Source: Clostridia bacterium (GTDB lineage: Bacteria > Bacillota > Clostridia > Christensenellales > JBMNLC01). Taken from it: DNA of 64,000 nt. The notes below the pieces were generated by a model. That model was given only the letters and a program-made list of their open reading frames with translations, was not told where the DNA came from and ran no database searches. The DNA is taken from positions 233,862 through 297,861 of the forward strand of contig JBMNLC010000004.1 of assembly GCA_050952525.1 (NCBI GenBank), read 5' to 3'. This document shows positions 8,914 through 18,496 of the stretch, piece by piece. The translations under genes were made by a program, and so were the position numbers. Positions within the stretch are counted from its first letter, which is position 1; each line of letters starts with the position of its first letter.

Positions 8914-10133
8914 TAACGAGAGTTTGTGGGTGACCATTGATAGTTAGGGTCAAAAGGCCTGTTATCTTTCCATAGAGAGTATATCAAGTGAACCATACGG
9001 CGAGCTACGGCACCTGTTGCAACCAAGGTATGCTTTCCTTCACTGCGTTTTTTCTCAAAAAACTCTTTCATTTCCGGATTGAAACGTCTAGCGGAAACAG
9101 CAGCGAGCCAAATACTATGCCTTAGGACAGGAGAACCCCTTTTTGAAATGCGATTACGGGTACCCTCAAACTGACCGGAAGAGCGCACAGTTGCATCTAA
9201 ACCAGCATAAGCCACAAGAGCCTTAGCATTAGGAAAGCGGTTAATATCGCCAATTTCTCCAATAATTGAAGCAGCTAAAACAGGTCCAATACCAGGGATA
9301 GTCTCTAAAACATGGCGATAAGCAGTATCCTTACTAGGCCGCATTTCCTCCATAACTTGGTCAATGGCTTCTTCTATAACACTGATTTGTTCTTCGATAA
9401 ATTCAATTTGTTCGACTAATAATCGAAGTTCAAGAGTAAAAGTATCTAGCGCAATATTAATGCCAAAAGTGCCTTTAGCCAGAGCTTGTATCTGCTTTGC
9501 CCGATCAACTCCCAACCTACCCCGAGAATGCTTATTTAAAAAAGCGGTTAGCTCTGATAGATCTGCTTCAGCCAGGTCTTCTGGTGCAGTAAAAGACTTA
9601 AGTAATTCCCGGGATGTATTAATAAAAACATTAGAAAAACATTGCGGGTATTCAAGAAAGATCCTATCAAGGATACCTAGAACCCTGTTTTTCAGCCCAC
9701 CCACTTGCCGGACAAATTCGAAACGAAGCCGGGATAGGTTTTGCAGCTTAAGAACAGTTTCTGAAGCAAGTTTGGTTTCAGAAATATGACCAAAACGAAC
9801 GATATCTGCAAGAAGGTGAGCATCCTTACGATCTGTTTTAGTTTTACGGACATAGAAATTACGTAAAGCATCGGATTGGATAGGGTTTATCACATGGATT
9901 TTATACCCCAACTCTGTAAGGTGGTAGTAAAGACTTAACCAGTAGTGGCCGGTAGCTTCCAAACAAAACTCAACATTACTCACCTCGATTTCTAATCGCT
10001 TCAAGTTATGAATGAGTTTATCAAGGCCATTTCTAGTATTATCCACAAAAATTTGGAGGATTACATTACCGCTTTCATCCACAATACAAATCTCATGACG
10101 ATACTTGGCTACATCAATACCACCATAGAACAT
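8913..10133 (-). CDS. IS110-family transposase (DEDD recombinase)
   Basis: Start moved to ATG 10133 (MFYGGIDVAKYRHE). Motifs GIDVAK, LEATGHYW and KTDRKDA, plus the C-terminal IPGIGPVLAASIIGEIGDINRF...KRGSP domain. Confidence 0.9.
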   Translation of the reverse strand: MFYGGIDVAKYRHEICIVDESGNVILQIFVDNTRNGLDKLIHNLKRLEIEVSNVEFCLEATGHYWLSLYYHLTELGYKIHVINPIQSDALRNFYVRKTKTDRKDAHLLADIVRFGHISETKLASETVLKLQNLSRLRFEFVRQVGGLKNRVLGILDRIFLEYPQCFSNVFINTSRELLKSFTAPEDLAEADLSELTAFLNKHSRGRLGVDRAKQIQALAKGTFGINIALDTFTLELRLLVEQIEFIEEQISVIEEAIDQVMEEMRPSKDTAYRHVLETIPGIGPVLAASIIGEIGDINRFPNAKALVAYAGLDATVRSSGQFEGTRNRISKRGSPVLRHSIWLAAVSARRFNPEMKEFFEKKRSEGKHTLVATGAVARRMVHLIYSLWKDNRPFDPNYQWSPTNSR

Positions 10134-10351
10134 GTTAATCCCTACTTTCTGATTATTTGGCAGGGTTTCCCGCAGCTCCCTATGAGTTTCAACCTTGCTC
10201 GTGACTCGAGGCATGCAGCAAGCCGCATCCACAACGTGCTCATTCGAAACATCTCATGGGGGAGGGGCAACACTCTTTAAATCGGGACAGTTAAGCTTCC
10301 CAAGGAGGTAGATCGAAGCCCCCTGCCACTACGAGAATAATTTAGACAAAA
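10134..10351 (-). ncRNA. Candidate IS110 bridge (guide) RNA region in the 5' non-coding end
   Basis: 218-nt non-coding segment upstream of the recombinase with GC-rich complementary blocks (ggcaggggg ... gcccctccccc). The position matches where IS110-group elements encode bridge RNAs. Not folded or modelled here. Confidence 0.3.
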
Positions 10352-10410
10352 GGTACCAGAATTCCTATGTGGTTGTCAAAGAGCTTAAAGTTGATTTTTC
10401 AGCACGTCGA
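10352..10410. repeat. Right arm of the inverted repeat flanking the IS110 transposase
   Basis: ggtaccagaattcctatgtggttgtcaaagagcttaaagttgatttttcagcacgtc is the reverse-complement partner of 8849-8913. Confidence 0.75.
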
Positions 10411-10444
10411 AAAACTAACTATATTGTACAAGGAGGTGTTATGA

Positions 10445-12307
10445 TTGACGACCGATTTGGAGGAACGATTGGCAAACCTTCCGGATCATCCCGGTGTATA
10501 TATCATGAAGGATGCACACGGAAAGATTATATATATAGGGAAAGCTATTTCGCTGAAAAACAGGGTACGTCAATATTTTCAGGCATCCCGTACTCATTCG
10601 GTGAAAGTCAGGGCAATGGTCAACAACGTCGAGAGCTTTGAATATATTCTGACGGATTCTGAATTGGAAGCCCTTATACTCGAGTGCAACTTAATCAAGA
10701 AGCATCGGCCTAAATACAATATTTTGCTTAAAGATGACAAGCATTACCCTTATGTGAAGGTAACCATGGACGAGGATTTTCCTAGGATCGTCGTTACACG
10801 ATCGATGAAAAATGACAAAGCCCGATACTTCGGTCCCTTTACCGGGATGAATGCCATCAAAGAGATGCTGGAAGTGGTTAAAAAAATCTTTCCGGTACGA
10901 ACCTGTAAAAAGAATCTGGATAAAAAACTGGGAAAGGAACGGCCTTGCTTGAATTATTACATCAAGCGATGCATGGGACCCTGTCAAGGGAATATTTCCT
11001 CTGAAGAATACAAGAAGATGATGAAGCAGGTATGTGATTTCCTGGGCGGAAAGCATGAGGAAGTCATACGGGACCTGCAGATGAAGATGCAGGAAGCCTC
11101 TCAGGCACTTAATTTCGAAAAAGCTGCTTTATATCGGGATCAAATTGAGGCTGTGCAGAGGGTAGTTCAGAAACAAAAGGCCATTTCTACAACGATGGAA
11201 GATCAGGATGTCATCGCTTTTGCCAGGGAAAAGGACGACATCATGGCCCAAATGTTCTTCATCCGATCCGGCAAACTGATCGGCAGCCAACACTTTTTTC
11301 TGGAGGAGTCTTCAGAAACGGAGCTGCGTGAGATCATTGCGTCCTTTATCAAGCAGTATTATTTGACTGCTTCGTTTATTCCCCGGGAGATTCTCCTTCA
11401 GGAAGATATTGATGAGGCGCTAATCATTGAGCGCTGGTTGTCCGATAAAAAAGGTAGCAGGGTGTACATCAAAGTACCGCGCAGAGGGGAAAAGAAAAAA
11501 CTGGTCGAAATGGCTCGGCGAAATGCCACGGAAGCCCTGCAAAATTTCAAAGGGAAATTCTTAAGGGAGAAGGAGCGCACCCAGGGGGCACTGGAAGAAC
11601 TGGCCAGGCATCTGGGCCTAAACGAAACCCCTAATCGCATCGAGGCATTCGATATTAGCAATATTCAGGGAACGGAATCGGTGGCTTCCATGGTGGTATT
11701 TGAGGAAGGGAAGCCTAAGTATCGCGATTACAGGCGATTCAAGATTAAGACAGTCACAGGCGCAAACGATTATGCCAGCATGGCAGAGGTTGTAGGCAGA
11801 AGATATAGGAGGGGATTAAAGGAACTGGCTGAGCGCAGGGAAAATGGCTTGGATCCGGAAGAGGGGAGGTTCTCTAAACTACCAGATCTGATCCTGATAG
11901 ATGGAGGAAAGGGACAGCTGCATGCAGCTTTAGGGGTACTGGAGTCCCTCGGATTGAAGTCCATTCCCGCCATTGGCCTTGCCGAGAAATTCGAAGAAAT
12001 CTATATGGAAGGTCAAGATGCTCCCATCCTATTGCCAAAGCATTCAAATGCCCTGCATCTTATCCAGCGAATCAGGGACGAAGCCCATCGCTTTGCTGTC
12101 ACCTATCATCGCAGCCTGCGTGGGAAAAAAGGGACCATGTCCGTATTGGATGAAATACCGGGTATAGGGAAGATAAGAAGGAAAAATCTATTGAAGCATT
12201 TTACTACCATGGACGAGTTGAAGCGTGCCTCCGTTGAAGAGCTGGCACAAGTGGAAGGCATGAACAGACAAGCCGCCATTGCCGTGTACGAGTATTTTCA
12301 TAAATAG
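10445..12307 (+). CDS. uvrC: Excinuclease ABC subunit C
   Basis: 620 aa. GIY-YIG N-terminus (PGVYIMKD...IIYIGKA), central UvrBC-interaction region, C-terminal endonuclease and HhH domains. TTG start 8 nt after AGGAGG. Confidence 0.95.
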   Translation: MTTDLEERLANLPDHPGVYIMKDAHGKIIYIGKAISLKNRVRQYFQASRTHSVKVRAMVNNVESFEYILTDSELEALILECNLIKKHRPKYNILLKDDKHYPYVKVTMDEDFPRIVVTRSMKNDKARYFGPFTGMNAIKEMLEVVKKIFPVRTCKKNLDKKLGKERPCLNYYIKRCMGPCQGNISSEEYKKMMKQVCDFLGGKHEEVIRDLQMKMQEASQALNFEKAALYRDQIEAVQRVVQKQKAISTTMEDQDVIAFAREKDDIMAQMFFIRSGKLIGSQHFFLEESSETELREIIASFIKQYYLTASFIPREILLQEDIDEALIIERWLSDKKGSRVYIKVPRRGEKKKLVEMARRNATEALQNFKGKFLREKERTQGALEELARHLGLNETPNRIEAFDISNIQGTESVASMVVFEEGKPKYRDYRRFKIKTVTGANDYASMAEVVGRRYRRGLKELAERRENGLDPEEGRFSKLPDLILIDGGKGQLHAALGVLESLGLKSIPAIGLAEKFEEIYMEGQDAPILLPKHSNALHLIQRIRDEAHRFAVTYHRSLRGKKGTMSVLDEIPGIGKIRRKNLLKHFTTMDELKRASVEELAQVEGMNRQAAIAVYEYFHK

Positions 12308-12393
12308 TCTTTCCAGCTGTGGTATTTCATTATATAATATATTAGCTGATATATGGAAGACAGTGATGTGTAATATATAGATAGGAGACGAAA

Positions 12394-13194
12394 ATGAAGT
12401 TTAGACTGATTGCTATTGACTTGGACGACTCTCTTCTTTATCATGACTTGACCGTCAGTCAAAGAAACAGAAAAGCTATCCAGGAAGCTGCTCGCCGGGG
12501 TATTATCGTGACCATCGCCACAGGGAGGATGTATCGCGCAACCCGGCCCTTTATTGATATGCTTGACATCAATGTACCGGTCATTACCTATCAGGGAGCA
12601 ATGATTGTGGATGGAGCTACGAATGAAATTCTGCGCCACAGTCCGGTACCTTTGGAATGGGCCAGGAAAATTGTGGATTTTGCCCATCAGGAAAATGTCC
12701 ATATCCAGGTATTTTTGAAAGACGAGTACTACTTTGAGGAAGCAAACCGCTTCAGTGAACTTTACGGAAGTGTCATTGGCTTTAAAGGCCATCCAGTAGG
12801 TCCTTTGAAGGACTTTCTGCAGGAACCCCCTACCAAGATGATTATCATCGATGAACCCCAAAGAATTTTAGCGCTACAAGGGCAGGCTCGTCAGTTCTTC
12901 GGAAATCAATTGGAAATAAGCATCTCCAAACCGCATTATTTGGAATTTACCCAGCCCGATGCCAATAAAGGGAAAGCCGTTCAGTATCTGGCCAATCTTC
13001 TGGATATCGGAGCTGATGAGGTGATTGCAATTGGGGACAGCTTCAACGATATTCCCATGCTGTCCTTTGCCTGTCTTGGGATAGCAATGGGCAATGCCCC
13101 CCAGGAAGTAAAGGATGCTGCGGATTATGTAACGGCATCCAATAATGAGGATGGGGTGGCTGTCGCCATCGAGAAATTCGCATTGGTGGATTAA
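12394..13194 (+). CDS. Cof-type HAD-IIB family hydrolase
   Basis: Motif I IAIDLDDSL, ATGR, and motif IV GDSFNDIPM. Confidence 0.85.
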   Translation: MKFRLIAIDLDDSLLYHDLTVSQRNRKAIQEAARRGIIVTIATGRMYRATRPFIDMLDINVPVITYQGAMIVDGATNEILRHSPVPLEWARKIVDFAHQENVHIQVFLKDEYYFEEANRFSELYGSVIGFKGHPVGPLKDFLQEPPTKMIIIDEPQRILALQGQARQFFGNQLEISISKPHYLEFTQPDANKGKAVQYLANLLDIGADEVIAIGDSFNDIPMLSFACLGIAMGNAPQEVKDAADYVTASNNEDGVAVAIEKFALVD

Positions 13195-13247
13195 GGAAAC
13201 ACGATGTCGATATCCGTCCAAATGGCCAATTTGTTAGGGGTGAAAAC

Positions 13248-14156
13248 ATGAACGCAATACCGATGGATGAATTTATAAGAGATCTTAACCTCGAAGTGGT
13301 CTATCCTGGAGACAGGGATCAAATCCTCATTGATACCAGTGATTTAAACAGACCGGGTTTACAGTTTGCAGGTTTCTTCGATTATTTTGCTGCCGATCGC
13401 ATTCAGGTAGTAGGAAAAGTAGAGATGACATATCTTGAAGGCTTGAGCTTTGATACGCGGCGGGAGCGCTTGAGAAGGTATTTTCAATACGAGATTCCCT
13501 GCGTAGTGATCAGCAGGGGGATGGACCCACCTCCTGAGATGATAGAGGAAGCAATACGATATAAGCGACCTATCTTAAAATCCAAGCTTGATACCACGAA
13601 ATTCTTTAATAAAGCGATTAATTATTTGGATGCAAAGCTTGCCCCCCGCATTACCCGTCATGGAGGATTAGTTGATGTATATGGCGTGGGGATCATGCTT
13701 ATGGGTGAATCAGGGATCGGGAAAAGCGAAACGGCACTGGAATTGATAAAAAGAGGCCACCGACTGGTAGCAGATGATGTGGTTGAAATTAAGAAGATTT
13801 CAGATGATTCCCTGTTAGGTGAAGCTCCGGAAACGATAAGACACTTTATGGAGATAAGAGGAATCGGCATCATCGATATCAAGGCCATGTATGGGGCAGG
13901 AGCTGTGATAGACAGCAAGACCATCGATATGGTGATTCATCTGGAGGCATGGGATGATAATAAGGAATATGACCGGTTGGGTCTGATTGTAGAGTATACG
14001 AAAATTTTGGATGTGCAATTACCGGAGCTCATTCTACCCGTCAGACCGGGTAGAAATCTGGCAATCATTGTAGAAGTCGCCGCCCGGAATTATCGGCTAA
14101 AGGGCATGGGCTACAATGCCGCTCAAGAGTTGAACAAACGAATATCTCAGCTTTAG
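13248..14156 (+). CDS. hprK: HPr kinase/phosphorylase
   Basis: Walker A GESGIGKSETALELIKRGHRLVADD plus the HprK signature region. Confidence 0.93.
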   Translation: MNAIPMDEFIRDLNLEVVYPGDRDQILIDTSDLNRPGLQFAGFFDYFAADRIQVVGKVEMTYLEGLSFDTRRERLRRYFQYEIPCVVISRGMDPPPEMIEEAIRYKRPILKSKLDTTKFFNKAINYLDAKLAPRITRHGGLVDVYGVGIMLMGESGIGKSETALELIKRGHRLVADDVVEIKKISDDSLLGEAPETIRHFMEIRGIGIIDIKAMYGAGAVIDSKTIDMVIHLEAWDDNKEYDRLGLIVEYTKILDVQLPELILPVRPGRNLAIIVEVAARNYRLKGMGYNAAQELNKRISQL

Positions 14157-14254
14157 GGCAGTTCGAAAGGTTAAGCCGGAAAGATGAATCAGTATTGATA
14201 TGTATCATATGGTACAAATAATAGATGAAATGGATGAAATGGAGGGTGACAAGC

Positions 14255-15202
14255 ATGTACTATGTGGGAGTGGATCTGGGAGGAACCAATATTGGCGTAG
14301 GTTTGGTTACGGAGGACGGTCGCATTATCCATAAGGATGAAGTACCCACTTTGGTGGGAAGGCCTTATGAGGAAATCCTTAAGGATATGGCGGATTTGAT
14401 CATCAAGGTCGTGAAGGAATCGGGCCATACGATTGATGAAGTAAAATACATCGGCATCGGGTCTCCCGGTGTAGCTGATGATCGTGTAGGTGAAATCGTA
14501 TTTGCCAATAATTTGTATTGGCACCATGTTCCCGTCAGGAAGGAGATCCAAAAATATATTCAAAAGCCGGTTTATGTGGATAACGATGCGAATGTGGCCG
14601 GATTAGCCGAGTTTATGGTTGGTGCATGCAAAGGGACGAACAATTCCATTACCATTACCTTGGGAACCGGTGTAGGAGCTGGCATCGTTATAAATAAAAA
14701 GGTATTCAGCGGCTCCCATGGGGTTGGCTCGGAACTGGGCCACATGATTGTAGAAGTGGACGGAATCCCTTGTACTTGTGGTAACAGGGGATGTCTGGAA
14801 CGCTATACTTCCGCCACTGCCTTGATACGGGAAGGGAAGAAAGGCGCGGAGGAGAATCCGGAAAGCCTCCTTTATAAGAAGGTACAGGGCAACCTGGATG
14901 CAATGAACGCTAAGATCGTGATTGACAGTGTCAAAGAAGGGGACGAAACAGCAGTAAAGATATTTGAAAAGTACATCTACTACCTGGCAATGGGAATCAT
15001 AACCATGATTAATAGCTTTGATCCGGAAATAATTGCTATAGGCGGCGGCGTTTCAAGGGCTGGAGATTTCTTAATGGACGCATTAAGAAAAAAGGTGAAA
15101 GAGCATATTTTCTATAAGGAACTTCCTTATGCCCGATTAGTACTGGCTGAGCTGGGCAATGATGCCGGGATCATTGGAGCAGCCATGTTGGGCCGTAGTT
15201 GA
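14255..15202 (+). CDS. glcK: ROK-family glucokinase
   Basis: Start moved to ATG 14255 (MYYVGVDLGGTNIG) after GGAGGG. ROK zinc motif CTCGNRGCLE. Confidence 0.85.
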   Translation: MYYVGVDLGGTNIGVGLVTEDGRIIHKDEVPTLVGRPYEEILKDMADLIIKVVKESGHTIDEVKYIGIGSPGVADDRVGEIVFANNLYWHHVPVRKEIQKYIQKPVYVDNDANVAGLAEFMVGACKGTNNSITITLGTGVGAGIVINKKVFSGSHGVGSELGHMIVEVDGIPCTCGNRGCLERYTSATALIREGKKGAEENPESLLYKKVQGNLDAMNAKIVIDSVKEGDETAVKIFEKYIYYLAMGIITMINSFDPEIIAIGGGVSRAGDFLMDALRKKVKEHIFYKELPYARLVLAELGNDAGIIGAAMLGRS

Positions 15203-15263
15203 TGGAATAACTGAATTTTGAATGAAATATAATGGGAGTAAAGGGTTGATTGGAGGAATCTTC

Positions 15264-16553
15264 ATGAAGAGAAGAGTAAAACCTTTTACTCTTTTTTTAT
15301 GGGCGTGCACACTCCTGTTCCTGATATTTGCTCCTCATATGATCATGGATAAGCTGGATGCTCTAAACCCTGCTGAGCTACTGTCACCCCCTAAGGAGGA
15401 ATGGACAGGGATATTGAATTTATGGGAGATCGCTTCCTGGCAAACGGGTTACGGCAGCAGAGTGAATTGGCTGAACAAAAGGATATATGAATTTGAAAGG
15501 CGTCATCCCGGTGTTTTTATTGAACTGCGTTTAATGAAACCTGAAGCAGCGAATTTATTCATCGAAGGAAAGGAAGTTCTGCCGGATATCATTTCCTTTC
15601 CTCCGGGCATGATCTCCAACCCTGCATCCATCCTTTCACCGATGGAAGATAACCCTTCTTTGAAAAGAGTACGGACTGAGCTTTTAAATGCTGTCAAGCT
15701 GGACGGAAAAACAATGGGGGTTCCATGGATGATGGGAAGCTATGGTATACTGGTAAATATGGAGCTGACGGCGGAAAGGGAGGTTGTTATCCCCGACGCC
15801 GAGGAGTGGAATGCGGAAGCTTTTTTACAGACGGTAAAAGAATGCTCCTTTGAAAAGGAACTGTCAAGAAAGCAAAAGGAATGGATATATGGCTTTGATG
15901 CAGGCAGAGCTGCTTTTACTTTTCCCCTGATAAGTCTGTTTTGGACAGGAGGGAATGAAGGGATCTCTGCTCAGGAGGTCTCTCTTTTGGCCGGTTTGAA
16001 AAGGGGGCCGGGACTGGTTCCGGACGGTTTTGCTTTCGCATCAGAGGAAACGGTATGGGACAGCTTTGTAAACGGAAGAGCGGCGATGATGCTGGGAAAC
16101 CAACGAAATATATATGGAATGCTGGAGTTGGAAGAACAGGGGAAAAGCTTTGAATGGATCATCCTGCCCTTCCCCCGAATCCAGGGAGGAAGGGAGAGCT
16201 TCTTCAATGATCAGGTCCAGTTTATGGGAGCTGTTAAACAGGATAAACCGGCGAAGGAAAAAGTGGCAAAGAAATTCATCTGTTCAATCTTAGAGGAAGA
16301 GGTACAGGCCCAGCTGACAGATTTGGGTGTTTTTCCTGTTTTGGCTAATATGGACAGATTATATGAAAATGAAGAGAAAATGGATCAGATGGAAAAACAT
16401 ATACACATGCCATTGCGTATTCCCAACGCTTTTAAATGGAAAAAAACAATGGAAGGACTTCAGGGCTTGTTTGAAGAATTAATTTCCGGAAATAATCGTG
16501 TATTGACGGACATCAATAAAGTGCTCGAGCAATGCGTTGAATCAGATTCCTGA
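15264..16553 (+). CDS. Membrane-anchored extracellular solute-binding-protein-like protein (family 1-like)
   Basis: Start at ATG 15264 (MKRRVKPFTLFLWACTLLFLIF) after GGAGGA. N-terminal TM anchor, then a MalE-like pattern (FERRHPGVFIELRL...LPDII). Function unknown. Confidence 0.5.
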   Translation: MKRRVKPFTLFLWACTLLFLIFAPHMIMDKLDALNPAELLSPPKEEWTGILNLWEIASWQTGYGSRVNWLNKRIYEFERRHPGVFIELRLMKPEAANLFIEGKEVLPDIISFPPGMISNPASILSPMEDNPSLKRVRTELLNAVKLDGKTMGVPWMMGSYGILVNMELTAEREVVIPDAEEWNAEAFLQTVKECSFEKELSRKQKEWIYGFDAGRAAFTFPLISLFWTGGNEGISAQEVSLLAGLKRGPGLVPDGFAFASEETVWDSFVNGRAAMMLGNQRNIYGMLELEEQGKSFEWIILPFPRIQGGRESFFNDQVQFMGAVKQDKPAKEKVAKKFICSILEEEVQAQLTDLGVFPVLANMDRLYENEEKMDQMEKHIHMPLRIPNAFKWKKTMEGLQGLFEELISGNNRVLTDINKVLEQCVESDS

Positions 16554-16624
16554 CGGTGGATATAGCTTGTAAATTATACACAATTCGGGTAAACTATATC
16601 TGTCTGTTTACAAGTCTTTTTTAG

Positions 16625-16656
16625 AAAAACCCAGCCTCTTTAGTGGGGTTTTTTGC
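16625..16656 (+). terminator. Weak candidate terminator
   Basis: aaaaaccca ... tggggtttttt imperfect hairpin with a U-tract. Confidence 0.4.
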
Positions 16657-16709
16657 AAAAATAACGGTGTTGAAGAAATGGATTCTGTGGATTAGGAGTG
16701 GACAAATCG

Positions 16710-17624
16710 ATGGACATACAGGAATTATATCAAAAATTAATCCTTGAGATTCCCCAGGAAGCGATATTCCAAAATGAATCGATGAAGAAGCATACTTCTT
16801 TTCGGATCGGTGGGCCGGCTGATATATTGTTAATTCCCTCTGACGTAAAGGAAATCCAATATGCCATTCAACTATGTAAGGATATGAACATCCCTCATTT
16901 TATCATGGGTAACGGGTCAAATCTCCTTGTAAGGGACAAGGGCATCCGTGGATTGGTAATTAAGATATCGGAAAGATATAAAGAGATCAAGGTGGAGGGA
17001 ACGCGCATCCATGCTCAGGCAGGTATCCTGCTGTCCAGTTTATCATGCATATCTATCCAGTCCTCCCTGGCCGGTCTAGAATTTTGCAGCGGCATTCCGG
17101 GGACTTTGGGAGGAGCTGTAACGATGAATGCCGGTGCCTACGGCGGTGAAATGAAGAATGTGGTATCTTCCGTTACTGTATTGGATGAAAATAATCAGAT
17201 CAAAAGGATCGATCATGAAGAGCTGGATTTTGGCTACCGGTCCAGCGTGATACAAAAGAAAGGTTATGTGGTTCTGGAGGTTGATTTGGATTTAAAGCCC
17301 GGAGACATGGAAACATCGAAAAAAATCGTGGAAGACTTAACCAGGCGGAGAAGGGAAAAACAGCCCATCTCATACCCAAGTGCCGGCAGCGCATTTAAGC
17401 GCCCTGTCGGCTATTACGCAGGGAAGCTTATCCAGGATTGCGGCTTAAAGGGAATGAGGATAGGGGACGCCCAGATCTCCGAGCTTCATGCAGGCTTTAT
17501 CATCAATCTTGGCAATGCAACAGCTGCAGATGTCATTACATTAATTGAGCTGGTAAGGGATAAAATAAAAACGAAGTACGGTGTAGAGATGCATCCTGAA
17601 ATGAAAATAGTGGGAGAAAAATAG
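16710..17624 (+). CDS. murB: UDP-N-acetylmuramate dehydrogenase
   Basis: FAD-binding FRIGGPAD, GNGSNLL, and C-terminal SAGSAFKRP...AGKLI motifs. ATG 16710 preferred over GTG 16698. Confidence 0.93.
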   Translation: MDIQELYQKLILEIPQEAIFQNESMKKHTSFRIGGPADILLIPSDVKEIQYAIQLCKDMNIPHFIMGNGSNLLVRDKGIRGLVIKISERYKEIKVEGTRIHAQAGILLSSLSCISIQSSLAGLEFCSGIPGTLGGAVTMNAGAYGGEMKNVVSSVTVLDENNQIKRIDHEELDFGYRSSVIQKKGYVVLEVDLDLKPGDMETSKKIVEDLTRRRREKQPISYPSAGSAFKRPVGYYAGKLIQDCGLKGMRIGDAQISELHAGFIINLGNATAADVITLIELVRDKIKTKYGVEMHPEMKIVGEK

Positions 17625-17679
17625 CCAGGTATATACCAGGCTATTTTGATTATGAAGAAAAATTTTCGGAGGATAGCGA

Positions 17680-18453
17680 ATGATAAAGCTTATTGCGGAT
17701 TACCATACCCACACCCGCTACAGTCATGGTAAAGGGACGATCGAGGACAATGTAAGAATAGCCGTTCGAAGGGGGTTAAAGAGGATTGGCATTGCCGACC
17801 ATGGATTCCAACATATTGGCTATGGGATGTCTTACAAGGATATTCGAAACATTCGGCAGGAAATCGATCGTCTGAACAAGACCTATCAGGGGGAGATCGA
17901 GATTCTGATGTGTGTGGAAGCAAATCTGATTGGGTTAGAGGGTGAAATCGACATACCGGATGAATATTTGAAGGTTTTTGATATTCTCCTTGTCGGTTTT
18001 CATAAGGCTGTTGTCCCCTTTCGAGTAAAGGATGGATGGGAATTGTTCATTAAGAATGCCTTGAATGCCGTTGTGCCGTTTTTGGGGGAACGGATACGTG
18101 AAAAGAATACATCCGCCTTTATCAACGCAATGGAAAGGTATCCCATTGATATCATCACCCATCCCGGAGCCAAAATCGATATCGATACCAGAAGCTTAGC
18201 CAGGCAGGCAGCTCGTAAAAAAACCGTCCTTGAGATCAATGCTCATCATGGCTATATGACAGCAGAATATGTTAAAATAGCTATGGAGGAGGGTGCAAAA
18301 TTTGTGATCAGCAGTGATGCACATCATCCTTCTCAGGTTGGCAGCTTTGAAAAGGGTATTCGGATCGCGGAAGAAGCGGGCCTTTCCCCTAAAGATATTA
18401 TCAATGCAGCAGAAAACGACGGGATGGAATTTCCTTTCAAGGGAGACATCTAG
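17680..18453 (+). CDS. PHP-domain phosphoesterase (histidinol-phosphatase-like)
   Basis: DYHTHTRYSHG N-terminal motif; later HPG and SSDAH metal-ligand motifs. Confidence 0.8.
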   Translation: MIKLIADYHTHTRYSHGKGTIEDNVRIAVRRGLKRIGIADHGFQHIGYGMSYKDIRNIRQEIDRLNKTYQGEIEILMCVEANLIGLEGEIDIPDEYLKVFDILLVGFHKAVVPFRVKDGWELFIKNALNAVVPFLGERIREKNTSAFINAMERYPIDIITHPGAKIDIDTRSLARQAARKKTVLEINAHHGYMTAEYVKIAMEEGAKFVISSDAHHPSQVGSFEKGIRIAEEAGLSPKDIINAAENDGMEFPFKGDI

Positions 18454-18496
18454 GGGATAGCCGGAAGAATGAAAAACAAGAGGAGGAAAAAACCAT

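Larger units (their letters stand above)
8885..10381 (-). mobile_element. IS110-family insertion sequence (ends uncertain: 8914-10351 if inserted into a palindrome, 8849-10410 if the repeats are terminal IRs)
   Basis: Single DEDD-type transposase gene, a long non-coding 5' end and almost no 3' non-coding end, bracketed by inverted repeats between the PBP2 terminator and the uvrC RBS. Confidence 0.8.

Noticed and set aside
8800-10444. SOS (Cheo/LexA) box upstream of uvrC
   Set aside because: No GAAC-N4-GTTC-like motif is visible on either side of the IS.
10369-10641. ORF containing ATG 10441 as a possible uvrC start
   Set aside because: It is in a different frame from the GIY-YIG sequence. 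TTG 10445 with AGGAGG 8 nt upstream gives the conserved UvrC N-terminus.
12298-12861. 187-aa ORF antisense to the HAD hydrolase gene, and similar long antisense ORFs inside dnaE, uvrC, the SBP genes and the sulfatase gene
   Set aside because: They are mirror-frame ORFs typical of coding regions, with no RBS and no recognisable motifs. The sense genes carry clear family signatures.
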